Below, in pieces: positions 46,814-56,500 of a stretch of 64,000 bases of DNA. Where the stretch lies: UHGV virus genome UHGV-1366603, one strand, 5' to 3'. The position numbers and the translations under genes are program-made. Position 1 is the stretch's first letter. The number at the start of each line of letters is the position of its first letter. Source of the stretch: a virus. Below the pieces are notes generated by a model. It did not search any database. It was not told the origin of the DNA and saw nothing but the letters and a program-made list of their open reading frames with translations.

Positions 46814-46834
46814 TTAATCTAATGGAGTTTTAGA

Positions 46835-47665
46835 ATGGGCGAACGTTTTAACATCAACGCTATTTACAACATCGTAGTTAATCCTGGTCAGCACCTGGAA
46901 GAAGTTAACGCGCAACTGCGTGCTCTGAATGAGAAGGCAATACAGTTCGACGCCATTTACACAATCGGTGTAAACCCTGGTACCAATCGTATTCGCGTGG
47001 AAGGTAAACGACACACCGGCACTCAAGAACTGGACATCGAAACGATTGAAGCACCGATTAAACTTACTGATGCTGTTTATAACGGTACAGTAATGCACAC
47101 CGTATCGGTTCCGGTCTATTCTATTGCGAACTGTGCAGAACATGTTAAAGGTTGGTCTAAAGAACGCGGCATCCTCGATAACGGTAAACTGGAAACTCAA
47201 ATCACGAAATTCTTTGAAGAGTTTGGTGAAATTGCAACGGGTATCAGTAAAAACAAACCTGATTTGATCATGGACGGGATCGGCGATGCGTTAGTGGTTT
47301 TAGTGAACATCCTGGAGCTGGGTAAAGACAAACTGTCTGGAGAAATGACAACCGCTGAAATCATCGAGCACGGTTTACAGTTGCAGGTAGATGATGTCGC
47401 TGACGTTGAAGAACATTTTGATGACAACGGGTATCCACATCATTTGTATCTCCACGCTACCGAAATCTTCGCTACCGCATTTATTCGCTCCGATGCTGGG
47501 TTCGATCAGCTTAACTGGGCTTTGTACCGCCTTGCAAAACTGGCTCTCTACTATCGTCTTGACATTCGTCATTGTTTCTCTTTAGCCTGGCACGAAATCA
47601 AAGACCGTAAAGGTTACCTGAACGCCGACGGCATCTTTGTAAAAGAAGCAGACTTGGCGAAATAA
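46835..47665 (+). CDS. MazG-like nucleoside triphosphate pyrophosphohydrolase domain protein with N-terminal extension
   Basis: ..KFFEEFGEIATG..(x10)..LIMDGIGDALVVLVNILELG.. matches the MazG EExxE ... E/DxxGD helix pair. Confidence 0.6.
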   Translation: MGERFNINAIYNIVVNPGQHLEEVNAQLRALNEKAIQFDAIYTIGVNPGTNRIRVEGKRHTGTQELDIETIEAPIKLTDAVYNGTVMHTVSVPVYSIANCAEHVKGWSKERGILDNGKLETQITKFFEEFGEIATGISKNKPDLIMDGIGDALVVLVNILELGKDKLSGEMTTAEIIEHGLQLQVDDVADVEEHFDDNGYPHHLYLHATEIFATAFIRSDAGFDQLNWALYRLAKLALYYRLDIRHCFSLAWHEIKDRKGYLNADGIFVKEADLAK

Positions 47666-47673
47666 ATAAAAGT

Positions 47674-47720
47674 ACCTACCTCCGAAAGGAGGTAGGTTAA
47701 CTTTCTTTTTTTCTTTTTTT
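47674..47720. terminator. bidirectional terminator (CCTACCTCC-GAAA-GGAGGTAGG, T-runs both sides)
   Basis: Between convergent genes 46835..47665 and 47719..48282. Confidence 0.6.
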
Positions 47721-48282
47721 AAGCGCCAGGAACAATCCCAGAAGAGATATACGTCAAACCGTCAAGTTCGGTAACTTTAATCAGTTTCGAAATATCCTTA
47801 CCGTCAGACGGCAGTTCAGTTAAGTACACTTCCAACTGACCTGTCCAAGCTAAAGATCTCCCGTTCATGATAATGATGGTTTTATCTTTGCTGTCTGGCG
47901 CAGCTGTTGGGTTCTCAACTTCGTCGTCCGTAATCTGTAAGTTATATTTCGTACGGAATAGTTCCAATACTTCAGAAACAGTAGCAGCGTTCACACCTGC
48001 GACAGAGACAACGAAATCACCTAACAGATGTTCCAAATCCAACCGACGATAAATAACGTCAATTTTACCAAACGTTTTCTGTTCAATAATTCCCTGGACG
48101 CTGAGTTGAGTATTTAATCGCGTAAATTGAGTTTCTGGTGTTTCTACTGCGGGGATATGTGCCGGTGTGCCGAAATTCAATTTATCGATTGTAATACCTT
48201 TCTCTACCAAACCTGGATTCTTTTTTACTAATAACTCATAAACCAGTTGTTTTCCTGATTTACCTAATAGCGTATTAGCCAT
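47719..48282 (-). CDS. hypothetical protein (187 aa), possibly virion-associated
   Basis: ORF track; first gene of the minus-strand block. Confidence 0.55.
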   Translation of the reverse strand: MANTLLGKSGKQLVYELLVKKNPGLVEKGITIDKLNFGTPAHIPAVETPETQFTRLNTQLSVQGIIEQKTFGKIDVIYRRLDLEHLLGDFVVSVAGVNAATVSEVLELFRTKYNLQITDDEVENPTAAPDSKDKTIIIMNGRSLAWTGQLEVYLTELPSDGKDISKLIKVTELDGLTYISSGIVPGA

Positions 48283-48298
48283 TATTTCCTCTCAAACA

Positions 48299-50500
48299 TT
48301 AACGTGCTTGCGGCAGGAAGATGTTCGCGATCTGGCGTGCTGGGATAACATCCAGTGCCGAGTTAATAAAACTACCCTGCGACCATGCAGATGCCCAGTT
48401 TTGTGCCCAGATGCTCGCATTAATCTTGGCACGCGCAATACCGTTAGTACGTTCGTACAACGTAGCACCACCTAAACACGCCATAAATTCACTGAATTTG
48501 TTATCATCATCCCACACACCTGTGTCAGTAACAATGGGCATGTACATAACGCGAGTCAAATCACGAATAGTAACAGAGATGTCGCAAGACAGTGGGACGG
48601 AATCACCTGGCCGCCAACCTAAACCACCCACACCGAACTGTAACGACATCGACGTTACCATTGCATTACGGAACGAGAAACGTCCTTGAGAGTAACACTC
48701 TAAGTAGAACGGGTGGGTAAAGGATTGTTTACCGGTTGCGAGCGGACACACTGCTGCAATCCAAAACGAAAGCGGAACTAACAAATCCTGGAAAATATCC
48801 AGGTCGTTACCCGACCAACAACGTAAAGGAATGGTTAAAGTAATGTCGTCTCCTGATGCGTCAGAACTATCCCAGACTTCTGGGAAGTCTATCACCGAGG
48901 AGTTGTACAACGACATTATCCCTGTCAAATGTAGGGTGTCTGCAACGCCTCGCATCGCTGACTTAATACCGGAAACTAAAGCATCGACCGCACTAAAACC
49001 GGTTTGTCCACCCGACAGGTTAACCTCCAACGAACGCGCTTTTGCTGTTGCGGAGTTTACCATCCCGGAAATCTCAGGTTCTTTCGTGGAGTTAGAGAAC
49101 GAACGCGAAACGGTGTCTTTACCGTCAATACGCCAAGTAACCCATTGTGAACCGTTCTTAATCTCTGACAGGACGTTATCGCCAACATCCGCAACCATGT
49201 CGGTAAACTCTTTAAAGAACGTTCCTACTTTGGATTCATCTTTACCTTTGTTCATCCAATCTTGGACTTGAACGATGTCTCCTTCGGTAAGGTCTTCTGG
49301 GTTCTTTTCATCTAACGTAGAGTTCAACTGCTTAGCTGCTGCCGCACGTTTCTCCATGGTCTGACGGGTTTTTTCCTGCTCAGATTGGATTTCTGCGGCT
49401 TGCTGTTGTAGTTCATTAGCGGTACCACCCACCACCAGGCTATTACTCATCTGTCCGATGAGCTGGTCTTCCTGACTGTCAATATCCTGTATCGGAGAAG
49501 CGTAACCACCCTTTTCACTTCTGGCAACTTTTTCCAAGTCGTATAGCGAGACTTCGAACTGTTCTGCTTTTAGACGTACGTTATCGCTGTAAGTAGCATT
49601 ATAGTAAAACGCACGTAAGCGACTAGCAAACAATTCTTCATCGTCACCGGATTCTACACGAATCGCATCGATAGTTTTAGCCTGATAGTTCGCCAAGGTC
49701 TGGTAACGGTTAATCATTCGGTAAATGTCAAACTCACCGTTCGCTTTCCAGACTTCGGGTAAGGATTTATACCACTCTTCACGATCTTTATGGTAACTAT
49801 TTTCTTTGCTTTCGGTATCGTAGCCCAACGCAAAAGTCCCTAACACCCCTGTAGGTACCAAACGACGGTAAATTAGCTGGGTATTCAGGATGTTTTGCAC
49901 CGCGCGCAAATACAGATGCATTGTGGGCTTAACGTAATAGTATCTTGACGTTTCTTTATTCAGCGCTGCCGAAAGAATCCTCGGTGTAATCAGAATCACC
50001 GCAAACGCTACAGTACCCACCGTCGCCCAAATAGCAGCCGCACCGATGTACGATGCCGCTGTTCGAATAATTCCTGGATAGTCACCTGTACGCGCAAGAT
50101 ACGCCAGGTTAGAATCGTACATGTTCGCAAAGAACGAAGCCATGCCCAGATACTTCGGTTTACCGAAACGGCAATGAACGTAAAATGAGTTCTGGCTGAT
50201 ACTTTCGTAGTAATACGTCCCTAAGCGATAAGACCCTGCGGCTGAGGAGTTATAAAGGGACTCGGTACCGCTCTTAGTCGCGTCGGGTTGTGCAAACGCG
50301 CCTGTTGAGGAAGGGTCTGCAAAAAGTGTAAACTGGGGCGGTGTGTTAATCGCTTTACTGCCACCAACTGTGGTGTCTTCAAACGACATCATACCACCGG
50401 AATAGCGGCGCAAGGCCAGGAAACGTTCATCTCGGCCATCGACTGCGCCATTAAATAGGTTTTTGACCCAGCTTGAGTCGTTAACTGTTCTAGCGTCCAC
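48299..50500 (-). CDS. large hypothetical virion-type protein (733 aa) with internal hydrophobic segment
   Basis: ORF track; hydrophobic stretch ..IGAAAIWATVGTVAFAVILI..; coiled-coil-like central region. Confidence 0.6.
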   Translation of the reverse strand: MDARTVNDSSWVKNLFNGAVDGRDERFLALRRYSGGMMSFEDTTVGGSKAINTPPQFTLFADPSSTGAFAQPDATKSGTESLYNSSAAGSYRLGTYYYESISQNSFYVHCRFGKPKYLGMASFFANMYDSNLAYLARTGDYPGIIRTAASYIGAAAIWATVGTVAFAVILITPRILSAALNKETSRYYYVKPTMHLYLRAVQNILNTQLIYRRLVPTGVLGTFALGYDTESKENSYHKDREEWYKSLPEVWKANGEFDIYRMINRYQTLANYQAKTIDAIRVESGDDEELFASRLRAFYYNATYSDNVRLKAEQFEVSLYDLEKVARSEKGGYASPIQDIDSQEDQLIGQMSNSLVVGGTANELQQQAAEIQSEQEKTRQTMEKRAAAAKQLNSTLDEKNPEDLTEGDIVQVQDWMNKGKDESKVGTFFKEFTDMVADVGDNVLSEIKNGSQWVTWRIDGKDTVSRSFSNSTKEPEISGMVNSATAKARSLEVNLSGGQTGFSAVDALVSGIKSAMRGVADTLHLTGIMSLYNSSVIDFPEVWDSSDASGDDITLTIPLRCWSGNDLDIFQDLLVPLSFWIAAVCPLATGKQSFTHPFYLECYSQGRFSFRNAMVTSMSLQFGVGGLGWRPGDSVPLSCDISVTIRDLTRVMYMPIVTDTGVWDDDNKFSEFMACLGGATLYERTNGIARAKINASIWAQNWASAWSQGSFINSALDVIPARQIANIFLPQAR

Positions 50501-50545
50501 TTTCTACCTCTTTAAGATGGGGGTGGTTTCCCACCCCCGTTTGTA

Positions 50546-53500
50546 TTAACCTGCACGTCTAACGTTAAGCTGTCGTGCTGGCTGTTCAACGGACATTTGT
50601 CGTGATGCTGAACCTGCTGGTGCCATAGGTTGAGCCGATGCGGTGTTTTGTACCGGTTGTGGACGTTGCTTAAGGATCGTGACAATCTCTTTGAGATAAC
50701 CCGCCGATTCTTTCGCAACAGCCAACTGCTGAACACTAATCGGATCGCCACTGCTAAGTGTAGGTCCGTTTTGTGCATCAGAAGTAACCGCAGGTGCCGG
50801 TTTACTCGTCGCTGCTGCGCGCTGCACAGCACCTTCTTTCACCTTCTCGACATCTTCTTCAGGCAACCCTTCATTTCTGGCTCCAGTTGCAACAGTCTCC
50901 CCAATCATAGAGGCGTCACCGCCTGCACTACTACCGCCAGGTGACGGTACTGCTGGACCACCACTGGTTGCAGCTTTGACGTTGTCCGCACCCATTGCAC
51001 CTTTCTCTGCTAACGCTTCATCACGACGCGCAGCATTGGACGCAGGCAAGTTATCCGTCGCTCCAGAAATTGATGGATCGTTAGCTGCCCCTGCTGCTAC
51101 CGCCGGAGAGGAGGCAACCGCAGGCGTTAGCCCTTTCACCATGTCTTTCGTTGAAGCTGGGTTAGCCGCAATTTCGTTTGTCGCCACAGCACCCATACGG
51201 CGGTTCAGTTCATTAATAACTTCACCAACAGTACGAATACGAACAATCTGCTTGCCGCGCATTTCGTAGAAGACCCCCTTATTACCACTAAGGATTTGAG
51301 GAGTAATGCCTTCTGCTTTGTCGGCTGGCATGTTCGGATTCTGCCGCCATGCATTAAGGAACTTCTTACCACCGCCTGGGCCCAAGAAGTGATACAGATA
51401 CGCAACAGCCGGAGGCGGTTCTACACCACCTAAGTCTTTCTGCGCCTGCATGATATTGTCACGAATAAACTGTACCCCGAGGATGGTATTTGCCCACGGG
51501 TCGTACTGGTTTACTTGCGGTATACCGTACCGACGAGAGTACCCTTTCATCATTCCAGACCACGTTTTGTCAATGAACTGGAACAACCCTGCTGCTGACG
51601 CACCTGGGTTCTTGACACCATATTTGAAATCAGATTCGGCTTTCGCCATCGCAATCGCGACCGCAGGCGGAACACCTAAGGTATTTGCGACATCCGCAAT
51701 CATCGCTTTAACGCCTTCTACGTTAGGTGACTTACCATCACCCAGTTTGCTGATTGGATACTTCTCAGCCAAGGTTTTGTAATCACCTTCTTTGACGTCC
51801 CCGAGTTTAATCCCGGATTGGCCCGTAGAGAACTTCGCGTAATTGCTAATACCCATCTCACCCACAACTTGAGACAGATCACCCGGTGTACCGTAAGACG
51901 ACCCACCGTTTGGCAAGTACCCATCCTTAGACGCTGTACCCCAATCAACAACACCTTTGAAACGATCTTTGGTGTCTTCGTCGGTTTGGTACATTCTCGT
52001 CGCACGATCGGCTTTCTGCCACTTCGCACGTTTACCTGCTGCGGGTGTAGACCGCAGGGTATCACGAACAGCCAGGTCAGGTTCTTTGGACAGTTCTTTC
52101 AGGTTGGCAAGTTCAGTAGCAACAGAACCTGCGTCGGTGTTTGCTTCTTCACCCAGTGGGTTGAACGGAATCTCCCACACGGACTGACGAATACCACCCT
52201 TCATGTTGTAAGCGCCACGAATCATCAACGCCAATTCGTACATGAACCCACCGGATACTTTCAGTTCGGTAGGGTCTGCTTGCGGAATGTAACGTTTCAG
52301 ACCAACGACGTAGGTCATATACGCCGGTAAGAAACGGTTGTAGAACCAGTTCTTACAACGCTCCTCTTTAGGACCACCTATCAGGTCAGGCGAGATAACC
52401 GCAATGGCTTCTTTCCAGTTGCCTTTATAGGTACAGTTCTTCACATCAATGTCTTTCAACACGTTCTTCTCTAACAGTGTGAAAAGATTACGCGTTGTTT
52501 GGTTGATAGTAACCGCACCGTAGGTTTTCCACCTGACCGATTCCAGGTCTTCCAAATCACTTTTCTTCGGTAAGGAATGCCAGTCAACTTGGATTTGAAC
52601 CTGTTCAGTTCCGTCTTCCCAACCTTCGACCTTCGCAACTTTCTCGTTACGTTCAGCATCTGCATTCGCCAGTACCTGACTGGTTTCAGCAACGGACGCA
52701 ACTTTGTGGCCTTCGACAGCATCACGCATACCTGAACGTTGTTTCCGTTTGTCGTCAGTACGCATGTTGATTGACCGCCACACACGTTCCTGTGCTTCGA
52801 CAACCTCTTCCCCTGACAAGAACTCTGCCGGAGTAAAGGTAACGAAATCCCACGCTTTAGAGAACCAACCCTGGTTAACTTTACGCGGGTCAGTCAATGA
52901 ACGGAATTCCGCAGAATCTTTACCCATCTTCATTTTGTTGTAGAGGGTAATCATATCCGCTTTCGACACTTTCTTCGGATCACCAACATCTGCCAAAGCG
53001 ATGTCGTTATCCATCGACTTCAGTGCTGAAATCCAGCGGAGGTAAATCGGTGCGAAACGTTGTAGCATAAACGCAGTAAATGCTAACATCTCACCACGTT
53101 CTTCCAAGTTTACACCGAACCCTTCTGCGAGTTTCTTCACGTCTTCGGAAGACAAGCCACGTAATTGTGCTTCACCCCCTTCGGTATACGAGACGTAAGG
53201 TTTCAAAGCGTCTTCTAAATAACGGGCTTTCATACCGTCTTCAGAAGACCACTGGTCGTAGTCACGGAAACCGTATTGTGCCAGACGCATATAGTCGAGG
53301 TACTGTGCTTTCACACGGGTAGCGCATTTATACGCCCAATAACCCAGACCAGCGGCAGTCGCACCGATCGCAATTGCAGGCCAACCCACCGCAGCCACTA
53401 CCGTAGATGCAGCCGAGGCTACCGCAGTCACTGCCGGTACCGCTAAACGTTGTACAGCAAACTTACCAACGTTCCACGCTGCTTTACCGAGGAACCCGGT

Positions 53501-56500
53501 AGGTTTAAAAATACCCCACTTCGCAACTTTGCCCAGTATCGAACCCACCGTACCTAAGATACTCACGATTGGTCCTACTAACGGTAAGTCTTTGAGGAAG
53601 TCCATCACCCCGCCTTTACGTCCTTTCTGCTCAGCGGTTTTCTTGGCTTTCTCTTCTTCCTTAGAACGTCTACGACGACGGAAGAATTGGAAGTAGTCAC
53701 GTTTTTCATCGTTGGCTGCCGGTTTGTTACGTTGTCCGAACTTACTGAACATCGTACGAATCAGGCCATCAGGTGCACCAGCACGTTCCGCAGAGTCACG
53801 CATGGTGTTAAACCAGGACATTTCCTGGAGGTTAACCATCCGGTTTAAACGTTCCAATAATGCTGAACCAACACTCTTCGCTTTCTGCTTACCTTTGTTG
53901 ATAACGCGTCCTGCGGTATCCGTTGCGGTTTCGAAATCCTCCTTCGCTGCGTTAAACACGCGTGTTGGAGAAACCTTACCACGAGCGTACAAGTGTTGAC
54001 GGTAAAACTCCGCAACGTCATCATCACGACCCGCTAAACGCGACTCCGCCCGATAACGTGTGGCAATATCGTAGCGTGGGTCACGGAAGCTATCTACTGT
54101 TTCACCAAAGCGCCCACGGAAACGGTCAAACCACCCTTTACCCGCAGCGCCCCAACGAGACAGTCTATCGCCAACGCCATGACGGAAACGTGAGAATCGG
54201 TCACGTTGTCTGCCTCGCCAATCCCGGAAATTCTGGAAGTAATCTTTAAATCCGTCGCGGAAATCCTTAACACGGTTAAGCATCCCTTTGATAGATTTCG
54301 AGCCAACGTTTTTCTCCAGTTGCTCCGTCCAGGATTCATCTTCAGGCTCACCGTCTAAACGACGGTTAAGGAGTTTATAGATACGAATCAGGATATGGTT
54401 GGTCTTACGGCCATTCGACCAAGAGAACATGCTGAAGCCACCGCCAGAACCACCTTCCTTACGATTCTGCCACCACCGGGTAAGCGGGTTGTCGGTCGCT
54501 AACTCTTTGAATTTCTCAAAGCCACGTTTTGCATTGTTCCACAAACGAGCAGGCATTCCGGTTACGCGAGAAATCATGCTTTGTAAACGTGTTTTCTCAC
54601 TCCCCTCAGGAATCTCATTAAGCCACTCACGCGCTTTCTCGAAGATAGACGCTGCTCTTGGCGAGATTAGACCAATCAGTTTCTTCGGTAAGTTAACAGC
54701 TTTGTTTACTGCTGTACCTGCTTTACCGGAGATATACTGGAACAGGGCCTGGAGTTTACCGCCTTTATAGAAGCGCAGTTTACCCGCAGCCGCTAAGTCT
54801 GCCGCTGCGAGAATCAAGTTCCCGGCTTCGTCAACAATATCACGACCCAGCTTAATGTCGTCTAACGAGCGGAGTTGTACCAGCTTGTTGGTTTTAGGGT
54901 CAGCCTGATAATACTCACCTGCCTCTAAACGGCTTCCTTGTAAAACAACATTGCCTTTCTCGTCGTAGATGTCCCGAACACCAAGAACACCTTTCCCGAA
55001 GGCGACCGCCGAATTCCAGCCTGTGGACAACGTACCAGTAACTAAACCTTTCAGTCGTTCAAAAACACCTGGACCGTCAGATGGCCCACCGGAGAATTTC
55101 CCACGAATAAAACTGCCCAGTGACTGTAAACGCCCTTTCCCTCTCAGGAACATGTTCTTCGCAAAACGACCCGCGCCCGTACCGGTGTCCCAAAGTACGC
55201 CCGCCCAACGACGGAACAGCCCACTTTCACCAAGCACGATGCGTTTACGCTTGCGTTTGTTACCGGTGCTACCTGCATCTTCAGAAGCGTCACCCTCGTC
55301 ACCGTCACGACCACCACCTAAGCTGGCCAGCAGGATACCTTCCTCATCCATGTTCTTAACATGTTTCAGAATTTCCTGCACGGTGTTGGATTCGGACTTA
55401 TTACGAATAGCATCAACGATTCTATCAAACTGTTGCTCTAACCCTGCGGTGGTATCAGGACGTTCGCTTAGCAGTTCAACAAAGTTGGTAGATTTTTCAC
55501 CGTAGAGGACAGCAGCAAGTTGTCGTGCCGACAGTCCACGGCCACCGCGACCGCCTTTACCTTTAACGGTGTCAATTGTCGACTCGTCACCGGTTACGGA
55601 GGCGTCTACCCCTAAACGACGTAAATAGTCACCTAGCGCAGAACCGTTTTTCAGTTTGCGCTGGATTTCTTGTTCACGCGTTAACGAACGACCGGAACGG
55701 GTTTTCCCCATGGCCAGGTCGTTATACAGCGTATACGGATCGTTAATGTCTTTATCTACATCAAACCGATCGTTCTTCGCATCGTACTTAAAGATACCTG
55801 CATCACGTAACGCATTCTCACCGTAGATAATTGAAGCTTCGTCTACCGTGTTTTGACGTGCACGAATTGTTGACTGAATGGCCGAAATCTTACCAGCGAT
55901 TTCGTTGCTAAGTTCGTGATGACCGCCTGTCAGTTCTGAAGACCGTGCTTCTAAGACCGCCTGAATCGCTTCTACCGCGTTTGCATTCATGTAACGATAC
56001 ATGTGCATCGGGTCTTTCAGCAGACTGCCTACGTCGAACGCCTTACCTTCAGACGCACGTGATTCGATATAGTCCGCCAGCGCTTGGCGAGTTTTCGAAT
56101 CCAGAGTTTTGTCTTTGTCGATAAAGTCAACGGTTTCGTTAATGTACTGCTGTAAACGCTTCCGCTGTTCATCGTTCGCAACCGCTTTACGGACACGGTT
56201 GCCGACAACTTTACGGTCAATCATCCCACGCGTGGTTAAATCGTACACCTGGTCGTGGTGTTCGCCGTACCCGCGACGAATAGATTTGTTAATCTCCGTC
56301 AGCAAAGTCGGGATGACTTCCGTGATGCTAAGATACGCTTTACGGTCGAACTTCGCAGCGGCGGATAACGCTTCTGCTGAACGTTCTTCTAAAGCTAATC
56401 CCTCACGACGCAGCGGTGTCACTAACCCCATCTCGTGCATTAAACGGAAGACGGTGGCCAGTGGGCCGTCTATCTCACCAGCAATCGCCGAGTTAGAGAT

